A stretch of DNA of 64,000 bases from Octopus sinensis (GCF_006345805.1 NC_043011.1:36282464-36346463), one strand, 5' to 3'. Positions 12,440 through 24,194 are shown, counted from the stretch's first letter. Numbers and translations: made by a program. The notes: generated by a model from the sequence alone, not told the origin.

Positions 12440-13072
12440 CCCTCTTTTACTTTTTTACTTGTTTCAGTCAGTCGACTGCAGCCATGCTGGAGCATTCCCT
12501 TTAGTCAAACATGTCGACCTCGGGACTAATTCTTTGTAAGCCTAGTATTTATTCTATCAGCCTCTTTTGCCAAACTGCTAAGTCACAGGGATGTAAGCAC
12601 ACCAGCATTGGCTGTCAAGCAATAGTGGGGGAACACAGTCACATAAACATATATATATATATATATATAATATAATTCGAGACAAAACCACTATTTTAAA
12701 ACCAAACAAGGAAAGACTTAATCAATACATAAAATTTTAATATAAATTAAATAAACCGCCACTACAAATGTTTCATGTCTGCTACCGACAATCTTCAGAT
12801 GGATTTTCGATCTTCTAATCAGTATCAAAATTTTGATACTGATTAGAAGATCGAAAATCCACCTGAAGATTGTCGGTAGCAGACATGAAACATTTGTAGT
12901 GGCGGTTTATTTAATTTATATTAAAATTTTATGTATTGATAAGTCTTTCCTTGTTTGGTTTTAAAATAGTGGTTTTGTCTCGAATTATATTATATAATAT
13001 TTTACTATAAAATTGGATTTAACCATAAATCTGATTTTTCCCTGTAATTTGGATTCATTCCCTAATATTTAT

Positions 13073-13112
<40 letters not shown>

Positions 13113-13270
13113 TATGTGCTTTTATCAGTTTCCATCTACCAGATCCATTCAGAAGACTTTGGTCAGTTGGGGGCTTCAGTAGTAGGCACTTGCTCAAGGT
13201 GCCATGCAGTGGGACTGACTCCAGAACCATGTGGTTGGGAATCAAGCTTCTTACCACAAAGCCACTCCTA
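12440..13270 (-). mobile_element. SINE family A split by a palindromic insert in its internal (TA)n
   Basis: The 3' half is at 12440-12650 and the head at about 13110-13270, on either side of the 12664-12996 fold-back. Confidence 0.75.
12664..12996. mobile_element. Spacer-less fold-back palindrome (about 166-bp arms) with mirrored hammerhead ribozymes
   Basis: Centre ATCAAAA|TTTTGAT at 12830/12831. Plus-strand HHR at 12859-12902: CCAC CTGAAGA T TGTC ggtagca GACA T GAAAC ATTT GTA GTGG. Mirror copy at 12759-12802. Confidence 0.85.
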
Positions 13271-13274
13271 AGTC

Positions 13275-13945
13275 AATCATCATCATCATCGTCAACATCT
13301 AACATCCGTTTTCCATGCTGGCATGGATTGGACTGTTTGACCAGTGCTGGGAACCTGGGAAGCTGCACCAGGTTCCAGTCTGATTTGGGATGGTTTCTAC
13401 AGCTCGATGCCCTTCCTAGTAATGCCAGCCACTTTACAGTGTGTGCAGTGTGTTCCATTGATAAGATCAACTGGAACCCCCATCATTGTAACTTAGGGAG
13501 TTCCATTGTCTGCATAACTGGTGTATACAAAGGCGGCGAGCTGGCAGAAACGTTAGCACACCTGGCAAAATGCTTAAAGGTATTTCATCTACGTTCTGAG
13601 TTCAAATTCCGCCAAGGTTGACTTAGCCTTTCATCCTTTCAGGGTCGATTAAATAAGTACCAGTTATGCACTGGGGTCGATGTAATCGACTTAATTTCTC
13701 TGTCTGTCCTTCTTTGTGCCCTCTATGTTTCGCCCCTTGTGGGTAATAAAGAAATAGGTATTTCATCTGCCACTATGTTCTGAGTTCAAATTCCACCAAG
13801 GTTGACTTAGCCCTTCATCCTTTCAAGGTCAATTAAATAAGTACCAGTTATGTACTGGGGTCGATGTAATCGACTTAAATTCTTTGTCTGTCCTTGTTTG
13901 TGCCCTCTACGTTTAGCCCCTTGTGGGCAATAAAGAAATAAGAAA
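13275..13945. mobile_element. SINE cluster: family C tail (minus, 13275-13460) and two family B copies (plus, 13530-13945)
   Basis: Diagnostic family C tail and family B head and central motifs. Confidence 0.8.
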
Positions 13946-15018
13946 TAACTGGTGTATATTACATGTTGTTTTCATCATGGAACCACTTGATTTTGTTGGC
14001 CATGCAGAATACAGCAAACATGATCTGTAATTAAGAATCCAGTTATCCCATGTTTTCTTCCCATAATGCACCTTGTGGATAACGACAGGATAATTCTCTT
14101 ATACAAGATACTAATGATTTCTTCAATGTCTTACCCTGAGTGGTTTTATTCTTGGCTGTTTGTATAACTTACTTCATATGGATTCTATTGCTTCTGCTAT
14201 TGAAACATTAGCAAACAGACTTCCTACGTTTAAGGGATGAGATGTTTCCTACTTCAATGTTTTCTCCTAAATTTTCCAGAAGCTCTTTAGAAGACTATAT
14301 TGTTTTATTGTATTGTTTGATAATGTTATTTAATTATTTGTTAATTAATGAACAACACAGAATTCCTCTCAAAAATTTATGATTGATGATAGAAGGGACA
14401 GTCACAACACAACACAAAGTTACAAACAAAAATAAACACTTCCTTAATGATGTATAAAGCTAAAACTTAAAATTTAAATTCTGATTGTAATACATAATCA
14501 TGTTGGCCCTGCTGACTATAATGTGGCAGCAACAGTCACCAACATCACTTTATTCTGAAGATGAGACTATAAGGTCTAGAAACTTCAAAGGTGTTATGTA
14601 GGAATTTTACTATTCCAAACAAACTGCAAGGTGTCCATCAGACAATCTGCAGAGATAGTTTGGGGAATCATTATTATGATTCAGTGCTTCCATTCCAGAG
14701 TGATGCTTCATACAGTAAATAACAGGAAGACAACCAGTGCCTTCTCAGTAACAAATATTATAAAAAACAACACTATTGGCCACATACAATTCAGCATGAT
14801 GCCTTTTGGTCATAATAGCCAATTCTTTTGATAGTAGTACTTTGATGGCAAATTGTAGCTTACCATCTTCAAGCCATCATTAAATTAAAAAAACAAAAAC
14901 AGTTGTTCTGAAAGAGTTTTTCCTTTGCTGGTAAGTCAATGCTATCAATGATGGTTATGTGATGCAATGGAAGAAGGATGAATTCTCAATGGTCTATCGA
15001 ATATTTGGTCTCATATCT

Positions 15019-15355
15019 GAGACCCCCTTCGGTCACGACACAGACCATGGGATTGCACCTAGAAAGTTACCCTCCCAGGCACAAGTCCGGGCAAGGTTGT
15101 TTATGGAAGACCAGCTGTTACCCATGCATACTGGCCTCCCCTCTCCACACCACCAGTGTTATCCAAGGGAAAGGCAAAGGGGCTGATACAGCTTGGAACC
15201 AGGGTCATCACAACTCATTTCTACAGTTGAGTGAACTGGAGCAACCTGAAATAAAGTGTCTTGCTCGAGAACACAACACACAGCCTGGTCCGGGATTTGA
15301 GCTCACAACCTCACGATCGTAAGCTCGACGCTCTAACCACTGAGCCATGCGCCTT
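15019..15355 (-). mobile_element. tRNA-derived SINE family D
   Basis: Reverse complement of AGGCGCATGGCTCAGTGGTTAGAGCGTCGAGCTTACGATCGTGAGGTTGTGAGCTCAAATCCCGGACC (A and B boxes). A homologue lies at 20386-20715. Confidence 0.85.
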
Positions 15356-15774
15356 CACATTAATAAGACCAAAAAAGACTGAAGTTATGCATCAACTCAT
15401 TGCCCAGCCTCGATTGCTTTACCATAAACATCAAATTTCTTAGGATGGATGGAACAAGATCACTTCTCACCTACAGGTACGGGCCTGGTTGTGTGCTTAA
15501 GAAATTAGATTTGCAAGAATGTGATCTTGGGTTTAGTCTCACTGCTTGGCCCTTTGGGCAAGTGTCTTCTACTAAAGCTGCAGGGTGACCAAAGCCTTGA
15601 GAGTAAATTTGGTAAGCAGAGACTATATGGAGGCCTGTTATATGTGCATATGTGCGTGTGTGTGTGTGTGTGTGTGTGTATGCACGCATCTGTTTTGTGT
15701 TAGTCCCTCATCATTGCTGGATAACAGGTTTTGGTTTTACAGTTTTATATTTAAGAGATGAGGAATCATGTACA

Positions 15775-16080
15775 TCATTTACATTATTTACATTATTTAC
15801 ATTTGACGAATATTTGTCCTCATCTTGTTTGTTGTTAACACAACGTTTCGGCTGATATACCCTCTAGCCTTCATCAGGTGCCTTGGGGGAAATTTCAAAC
15901 CTGGGTTCTCATTCCTAAGTTATTTTTCGATGTTGTTGTTATTTTTTGCATAACAGGCCAAGCTTAATAACAAAATTATTATTATTATTATTATTATTCA
16001 GGTCACTGCCTGGAATTGAACTCGGAATCTTAGTGTTAGTAGCCTACACACTTAACCACTACGCCATATGTCCATGGGCA
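15775..16080 (-). mobile_element. SINE family E: tRNA head + (AAT)n + hammerhead tail; this copy has an intact HHR core
   Basis: Head GGCGTAGTGGTTAAG...GAGTTCAATTCC at 15998-16070. HHR at 15837-15882: GGCAC CTGATGA A GGCTA gagggtatat CAGCC GAAAC GTT GTGTT. Tail ends in (AATGTAAAT)n. Confidence 0.8.
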
Positions 16081-16089
16081 TATTTTTAT

Positions 16090-16109
16090 TATTCAGTGAC
16101 CTAAATAAC

Positions 16110-16142
<33 letters not shown>

Positions 16143-16430
16143 AAGAAGAAGAAGAAGAAGAAGAAGAAGAAGAAGAAGAAGAAGAAGAAGAAGAAGAGAA
16201 GAAGAAGAAGAAGAAGAAAAGAAGACGAAGAAGAAGAAGAAGAAGAAGAAGAAGAAGAAGAAGAAGAAGAAGAAGAAGAAGATCGAAAAATACCTTAGGA
16301 ATGAGATCCCAGGTTCGAAATTTCCCCAAGACACCTAATGAAGGCTGGAGGGTATATCAGATGAAACATGTTCACAACGAACAAGATGAGGACAAATATC
16401 CGTCAAATGTAAATGGTATAAATAAGGTAA
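16090..16430 (+). mobile_element. SINE family E, 5'-truncated copy with (AAT)n(AAG)n and a decayed HHR
   Basis: CAGTGACC, then (AAT)n and (AAG)n, then TACCTTAGGAATGAG...GACAC CTAATGA A GGCTGG...GAAACATG. Confidence 0.75.
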
Positions 16431-17224
16431 ATAATGTATTCATAGATGTGATACTGAAAACAGAGCAAGTACTCTCGAAATATCTATTTACATCCATTAC
16501 CTAGTTTTCTATTTTTTATTTCATTGTTTACATAGATGTATTCATATACGAAATAATGTAACTTTCAATGCTGGCTCTAAATTCTATAGAAATTCTGTAG
16601 AGAAGCACTCAGAAAAGGAAGGATTACTTCCCAAATGAAAAAATGAATTCCCAGAGAGAAAAAAAGACGAAGCAATAAAAACAATGTCATAATATTTCAA
16701 TAAGAAAATGCCCCTGTTCACACTGCAAGCACAGCAAAAGAATGGGTGTAGTGTAATCAGGAGGACCAAATTTTTGGCAAATTTTGTTTGCATTAAATAA
16801 ACTGATCTTTATAGAGTTAAATAAGCCCAATGCTTCAGTGCTAACCTAAAAGATATCTGAAGAATATAATATGGAACAAAACATGTGATTACTCTTTTAT
16901 GAAACCAGCATTCATATAAAAAATGTTTTTTTTATTCAAACTAAAATTATATGATGTTAAACCAAATCAAGTTGAAGAATATTGAATATAGCTTCACCTG
17001 TAACGTGATACACAGTTGCAGCTACCGTTGCTACTGTTGCAGCTCATAGACTAATCATATAAAACTACACAGTCTAGCAGTTACTCACACACACACACAC
17101 ACACACAAATGTGTATATATTATATATCTATACATATATATATATATAGTTTAAATTTACAGAGAAACAAAAGACGAAGACAAGTGTATGAACAACAAGC
17201 AGGTTTATTAGTTTATACACTTAC

Positions 17225-17262
<38 letters not shown>

Positions 17263-17271
17263 ATACATATA

Positions 17272-17326
<55 letters not shown>

Positions 17327-17362
17327 ATATATATGTATATATATGTATGTATATATATATAT

Positions 17363-17394
<32 letters not shown>

Positions 17395-17524
17395 ATTATA
17401 TATATATATATATACATACATATGCACACACACACACATATATATGTATGCACACATATATAGATTCCCACACAAGTGAGTAAATAAATATAAATGAAAG
17501 AAAGACACCTCTCAATGAATACGT

Positions 17525-17556
<32 letters not shown>

Positions 17557-17837
17557 TCTTACACACTCAACATATGCTCATATACTAGTTTGACTCACTC
17601 TGTACGATTGTGTACAAATATATGTACAGTTGTAATATAGTCATATGTACCTTTACAACAGAAACACACATACGTAAGCACACAGAGAAGTGTATAACTG
17701 TACAAGTACATCCAGCTACATAGATGTGCACATTCATAAGACCATGTACATAAAAGAAATCTATAAACTTCTGTTATATAAATGTATATGTACACATATA
17801 TACCTGCACAGATCTCTTATATATTTATATATATCTA

Positions 17838-18133
17838 GGTGCAGGAGTGGCTGTGTGTGGTAAGTAACTTGCTTGCCAATGACATGGCAACTGGGTTCAG
17901 TTCCACTCTGTGGCATCTTGGCCAGGTGTCTTTTACTAGAGCCTGGAACTGACCAAAGCTTTGTGAGTGGATTTGGTAGACAGAGGTATTAGGAAGGGCA
18001 TCCAGTTGTAGAAACTTTGCCAGATCAGATTTGAGCCTGGTGCAGCCTCTGGCTTACCAGTCCTCAGTCGAGCTGTCCAACCTATGCCAGCAGGGAAAGC
18101 AGACGTTAAATGACAATGATGATGATGATGATG

Positions 18134-18183
<50 letters not shown>

Positions 18184-18580
18184 TTGCGCATGTATATGTT
18201 GTGTATCTGTGTTTGTCCCCTGGCAACATAGCTTGACAACCGATGTTGGTGTGTTTACATCCCTGTAACTTGGTTCGGCGAAAGAGACCGATAGAATAAG
18301 TACTAGGCTTACAAATATTAAGTCCTGGGGTCGATTTGCTCAACTAAATGTGGTGCTCCAGCATTGCCAGTCAAATGACTGAAACAATTAAAAGAATAAA
18401 AGAATATATATATATGTATAAGCATGGCTGTGTGATAAGAAGCTGGCTTCCCATCTACATGGTTCCGGGTTCAGTCCCACTGCATGGCACCTTGGGTAAG
18501 TGTCTTCTACTATAACCTTGGGCAAACCAAAACCTTGTATGTGGACTTGGTAGAAGGAAACTGAAAGAAGCTTGTCATGT
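17838..18580 (+). mobile_element. SINE family A with a nested family C tail, followed by a second family A head
   Basis: Family A head at 17838, family C tail at 17990-18130, family A tail to 18400, new head at 18420. Confidence 0.75.
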
Positions 18581-18586
18581 ATATAA

Positions 18587-18623
<37 letters not shown>

Positions 18624-18677
18624 CTTTTACCCTCTGCAAAAATTCCAAATTTTATTTAATTTGCTTTACTGGAAGGA

Positions 18678-18777
18678 CTGTTTCAATGAAGTCGCGTCTT
18701 GTCCTTGCCTTCGAAACATGGAGTAGATGAAACAGAGACAACTGAAGAGGGGGAATATTCTTTATGTTGTATGTCTC
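18678..18777 (+). ncRNA. Tandem pair of decayed hammerhead-like motifs in an interspersed repeat
   Basis: First: CTGTTTCA/TGAAACAG helix with GAAG/CTTC stem II, GAAAC and GTA, core truncated to ATGA. Second: GAGACA/TGTCTC helix with CTGAAGA and GTA, but GAAA is missing. Confidence 0.4.
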
Positions 18778-19396
18778 GTTTCTCTGTTTGTTTTTTTCAT
18801 TATTCAAAAAATGAGTTTGTTTCTATGTTTTTGTTTTTATGTCTTCATTTCTCATTGTGTTCAATGTTTTCTTGATGTCCTGTACCCATATATGCATGTA
18901 TATATACATATATATGTAGGTATGTACATATATGTATGTATATATGCATATATTCATATATTATTTATATTATATATATATATATATATATATACTGATA
19001 TTTCTAAGTCTCTCTAAAGGAGACTATGGCAGCGGTACTGGATATTTATAGTTATCACCAAGCGAACATGGCAGTCCAGAAAAATACCCTGCAACTAGTC
19101 TGTAGATGCCAGACCAACAAGGGGAAGCTGCTGACCTCTCCTGTTCAAAAGTTATAATGGACACAGGTTCGTGTGTCACATAGCTAGCTAGAGGTGATGG
19201 CCTCTTGGAGTTAATCAACGGCAGCATTCATCCCATTTTCCCTCTATTTCACATCACACTTGTATTCATGGCTGTAAGTTTCATATACAATGAAAGTGAT
19301 ATTTAAATCTGAAAGTAATGAATGTAAAATACAATTATGCATATTATAACCAATTAAATATTTCATGTAATATAAGAGAAATGAGTTAAAAATTAC

Positions 19397-19600
19397 GGAG
19401 ATGTACTTGCATAGCAAGTGACCTGACCTGAGATTGCATGCTGGAACGAAAACAATGCAGCACGGAATTTTATCAGTGAACAGGTCACAGTCTCAAAGCA
19501 ACGAAAATATTTTGACAAATTAAATTTAAATGTTGAAGTGAATCTAACGGTTTTTGTGTGTTTCTTAAATGGCTTATAAACAGCTTCCACGCTGCAATTG
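19397..19600. mobile_element. Interspersed repeat with internal inversion; same family as 45650-45964
   Basis: GGAGATGTACTTGCATAGCAAGTGAC matches the reverse complement of 45939-45964. The AATTTAAATGTTGAAG...GGTTTTTGTG block is shared. Confidence 0.7.
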
Positions 19601-20385
19601 AGTTAAAAGTTGTTTGCTGCATGTCACAGCACATTAAAAAATGTGATCATTCCTCCTAACTTAAGAACCTAGCCAGATCTTTGAAGGGATAGCAGAAAGA
19701 GTCTCTTGCTGGTTAAGGAACACAAGAGGAGTTAAACTGGAAATTTGGAGAAGATTATGAGCAGTGATTTGGCTGCCACTGCTAACTTGTCAACGGGAGC
19801 GTGTTATGGTTCAGGGTTGAAGCACCAAAAATTATTTGTACGCCAAGTCTTGAAATCAATTTCTCCTGGTCAAAGCTACATTAATAAAATATGATTGAGA
19901 GAGAAACATCTTTTTTTTTTAGATAAATTAAATCTCATATAGTTATGTGAAAATAGTCAATAAAAAAATGACATAAAAACGATCAGCCGTTTGGGGTAAG
20001 GGTTAAGAAGTGTCAGAAAACCTGTTGATACCATTTCACTGGCATTGTGTAGATAATTATATTTGGCTTTCACAGTTTTAGGATTCACAACATGTCAGAA
20101 CAAACATATCACTTTGAAAGCGCATATAATCTTTATATATGTTCCTCCATTCTCTACCTTCTCCGACAAACATGGCTTCTTTGAAATCTAATCTTTTATC
20201 TTTTACTGGTTCAGTCAGAGGCTGGTGCAATGCTAGACTCCATTGGTATGTATGTATGTGTGTGTGTGTGTGTGCATGTATATATGTATATATATGTATG
20301 TATGTTTGTATGTATGTATGTACGTATGTATTTATGTATGTATGTATGTATATATGTGTGTGTGTGTGTGTTTATGTGTGTGTGA

Positions 20386-20715
20386 AGGCGCATGGCTCAG
20401 TGGTTAGAGAATCGAGCTTATGATCATGAGGTTGTGAGTTCAAATCCCGGACCGGGCTGCATGTTGTGTTCTTGAGCAAGACACTTTATTTCATGTTGCT
20501 CCAATTCACTCAGCTGTAAAAATGTGTTGTGGCATCACTGATGCCAAGCTGTATCGGCCTTTGCCTTCCCCTTGGATAACACTGGTGGCATGGAGAGGAG
20601 AGGCCGGTATGCATGGTCGAACTGCTGGTGTTCCATAAACAACCTTGCCATGTGCAGGACTTGTGCCTGGGAGGGTAACTTTCTAAGTGCGATCCCATGG
20701 TCAGTCATAAGCGGT
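20386..20715 (+). mobile_element. SINE family D
   Basis: AGGCGCATGGCTCAGTGGTTAG...GAGTTCAAATCCCGGACC. It abuts the truncated end of the pogo element. Confidence 0.85.
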
Positions 20716-20726
20716 GGAACTTTTGT

Positions 20727-21605
20727 TCAATAAAGATGAATTGCTAAAATACAAGTAGCTCTTGCACTTTTATAACCTGTTGAGGCAATGTAGATTGACG
20801 AGGCACCTGTCTGTTCAATTGTTGTTTTAGATCCTTGGCCCATAAATACTGCAGTCTCATCCATAGCAATTATATTGGAGAGATTGTATTTAGAAAAGTC
20901 GATGCCATCAATGGAGGACTTGAATGCAAGTGCATGTTGAATCACTTCAGCATCTTCCAACTTGAGCAGTGTTGTCAATCTTCTTAGAGAGAGTTCATAT
21001 CACCAATGGGAGTTATCCAACCAATGAGGTGATGCTTTGAATATCTCTGGGGGTATATCCAACTGTGGTGCCATTGCAAGAGCAAATTCTCGAATATCAG
21101 CCCTGTGTACAACCAAAGCCTTTGTTTTTCTGTCAGCAATCCATCCCGAGGTGATATCTTCCAGCTCTGAAAATAAGGGTTTTCAACCTGATCCACACCT
21201 GCACTTCTTAGCACTTCTCTCATCCACCTGTCTACTGAGATTATCGTACTCTGCTTGCCATTTTCAAACTATTCAGGAATCCAATATCTTCTCCTTGCAG
21301 AAAGCCATAAGATTCTTGTTATGGGACTCTTCCACAATTCCTTTCTTGTACTCCATGGAATATCTCTTTCTTTCTGCACTCATCTTGCCTGAGGACAAGG
21401 TAGTCAACTCTGTGCATGTGTGCTTGGCACAGACTTTAGCCAAACTGCAGTAGTTGGTTTATTTTGCAAACATCACATGGTCTCGCTAACAAGCTGATGC
21501 ATTTTTGACTAGGTCTTATTTTTGGGGTAGGGCTTATATTAAAAACATCCTGAAAAATCATAGCAGAGATTATTTTCAGAGTAGATCTTACTTCTGGGGA
21601 AACAT

Positions 21606-21608
<3 letters not shown>
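20727..21608 (-). mobile_element. pogo/Tigger-superfamily transposon, 5' part with a disrupted transposase
   Basis: TIR-like ACCATGTTTCCCC at 21596-21608. One frame from the ATG at 21383 reads MSAERKRYSMEYKKGIV...W...FKASPHWLD...LSLRR...NIIAMDETAVFMGQGSKTTIEQTGASSIYIASTGYKSARATCILAI (HTH/CENP-B plus first DDE Asp), with in-frame stops. Confidence 0.85.
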
Positions 21609-21631
<23 letters not shown>

Positions 21632-21643
<12 letters not shown>

Positions 21644-22110
21644 AGTAAAGAGTGAAAAAACGACAGAAGGCTTAAATGTTAAAAAATATATTATTTGCGT
21701 CAATATGTCTGAAGAATATTAGAAAATTTTTGAAACAAATTATTTTTTCCTTTATAATGACATAATTTTTAAAGAAAGACCGGTTTCGCATTTAGCTTTT
21801 CAAATTCTTGTGACGTTATGTTTATGTTTAATAGAGTTATCCTTGTTTTTAAGCTCCGGAGAGTTCTAAATAAGGAACTCTCCGGAGCTTAAACACAAGG
21901 ATAACTCTATTAAACATAAACATAACGTCACAAGAAATTTGAAAAGCTAAATGCGAAACCGGTCTTTCTTTAAAAATTATGTCATTATAAAGGAAAAATA
22001 ATTTGTTTCAAAAATTTTTTAATATTCTTCAGACATATTGACGCAAATATATATATTTTTTAACATTTAAGCCTTCTGTCGTTTTTTCACTCTTTACTAT
22101 TTTTTATATA
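21632..22110. mobile_element. Fold-back (about 235-bp arms, 8-nt spacer) with mirrored variant hammerhead motifs
   Basis: 21632-21866 pairs with 21875-22110. Plus-strand motif at 21932-21970: AAGAAA T TTGAAAA GC taaat GC GAAAC CG GTC TTTCTT. Mirror copy at 21772-21809. The left end is in (TA)n. Confidence 0.8.
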
Positions 22111-22354
22111 TTCACCCACGTGCTTTCACAAACCAACTTTCTTATCTATATATATATATATACATTTAGCATAATGGTTATCAGCGCGGGCTACTAATCC
22201 CAATATTCCGAGTTCAATTTCAGGTAGCGCCTTGAATAAATAGTGATGATGTTTACATTTTCGAATAATCAGGGAGAGAAGAAAGGACAAGTTGTCACAC
22301 ATTAGTTGTAGATTATACTTATGATTATAGAATTTTTATACACACACACATATG

Positions 22355-22395
<41 letters not shown>

Positions 22396-22916
22396 TAATA
22401 TTAGAGAGTATAACTCACCTGTAGAAATGAGTTGCGACATCACAGGTGCCAAGCTGTATCAGCTTTTGCCTTTGCCTTGATAACACTGGTGGTGTGGAGA
22501 ATGGAGGCCGGTATGCATGGGCGACTGCTGGTCTTTCATAAATTATATATATGGAGATATATATATATAAATACAGATGATAAGCTTCTTTGAGTTTCTG
22601 TCTACAAAATACACTCCTAAGGTTTTCACCAGACCAGAGCTATTGTAGGAGGGACATGTCCTAATATGTCATACAGTGGGATTGAACTCAAAACCATGAC
22701 ATTCGGAAGCAAACCTCTTAGTGACACGGACGAAGACCACTCAACTACATTGATATTGATATTGGCAAAGACACACAAGCACAACAGGATATCGGGGATG
22801 TATCAAAGTTAATGGGTGACAGTTTCCTGGCAATGCCTAATGTAACACATCTCAGTTGCCGCAACTTGAAGGAGAAGATACATATATGTATGTAATTATG
22901 TATGTATATCTATATC

Positions 22917-22955
<39 letters not shown>

Positions 22956-22977
22956 GATAGATAGATAGATATGTATA

Positions 22978-23025
<48 letters not shown>

Positions 23026-23049
23026 TATATATATATATATATATATATA

Positions 23050-23410
23050 TCATCCGATCGTGGCCGTCCGCCAGCCTCATCTGGCACCTGTGTCGGTGGC
23101 ACATAAAAACACCATCCGAGCGTGGCCGTCTACCAGCCTCGTCTGGCACCTGTGTCGGTGGCACATAAAACACCCATCCGAGCGTGGCCGTTCGCCAGCT
23201 CGTCTGGCACCTGTGTCGGTGGCACATAAAATCACCCACTACAAACCTCGGAGTGGTTGGCGTTAGGAAGGGCATCCAGCTGTAGAAACACCTGCCAGAT
23301 CTGACTGGCCTGGTGCAGCCTTCGGGCTCCCCAGACCCCAGTTGAACCGTCCAACCCATGCTAGCATGGAAAACGGACGCTAAATGATGATGATGATGAT
23401 GATGATCATC
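23050..23410 (+). mobile_element. SINE family C with about three internal 56-59 bp tandem units
   Basis: Repeated CCATCCGAGCGTGGCCGT...CTGGCACCTGTGTCGGTGGCACATAAAA, then the RTE-type tail and (GAT)n. Confidence 0.85.
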
Positions 23411-24194
23411 ATCATCCGTTTAGCGTCCTTTTTCCATGCTAGCATGGGTTATATATATGTACGTATATATATATATATGTATATAGACACACACTCATAC
23501 ATATATATCTATCTATATATATATATACACACACACATACATATATATGTGTGTGTATGCATCCTTGTATGGCATGTGTATGTGTGTGGTTTTCACAAAA
23601 CGTTTTGTATATTATTTTATTTACTCAAACACATGGGTTCAGACAGTGGGATATTGACAATACAACTAACAGGATTTAAAGACCAAAATGGTTTTATTGA
23701 TATTTCTTACAGCACTTCACAGCCTTGCCATTATAAACAGTAAAGATATTAACTTGCTGAAAATGGGATTTTACAATATGGGATTTACAATACGAGAAAA
23801 GCGATGACATTGAAAATTCTATCAATAATACATTATTAATAAATGTCTCCGCTGACATAATCCTTTGTTTCTGTATCAATTCTCTCACCATATTAAAGAG
23901 TTGGAACAACATTTTAACTTGAGTACGAAATCATTTACACCAATAGCTACACTAGCAGAACAGGCCATTAAATATGTTAACCTGCTTTTCTTATGCTAAA
24001 GTTATTACGCTATTAATAAATAAGCACTGTGTCTTGGTCACTGCATATACGAATGGTTGATCTGAGTTTATGTATCTGAATATCTCACTAATCCGGGCAA
24101 TTTTCTCCCTACTTTCTTTTCTTCTGCTATTGAGTTAATCTTCTTCAAGCGTTTTTAACACGTTGCTCACACATATAATTTTACATATATGCAC

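Noticed and set aside
14551-14610. CTGAAGA-AGAC/GTCT-GAAAC hammerhead-like string
   Set aside because: No NUH site with a matching stem I could be formed.
19020-19230. GC-richer unique segment and 67-aa minus-strand ORF as a possible exon
   Set aside because: I found no convincing acceptor/donor pair in an open frame and no recognisable product.
21703-21765. CTGAAGA...GAAAC in the left arm of the 21.6-kb fold-back
   Set aside because: The triplet before the only possible stem I partner ends in G and stem II is poor. The better motif is at 21932-21970.
22165-22235. tRNA-like sequence as a real tRNA gene
   Set aside because: It matches the family E-type SINE head and lacks a paired acceptor stem.
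23672-23800. Signal-peptide-like MVLLIFLTALHSLAIIN
   Set aside because: Short hydrophobic frames are expected by chance in AT-rich DNA, and there are no supporting exons.
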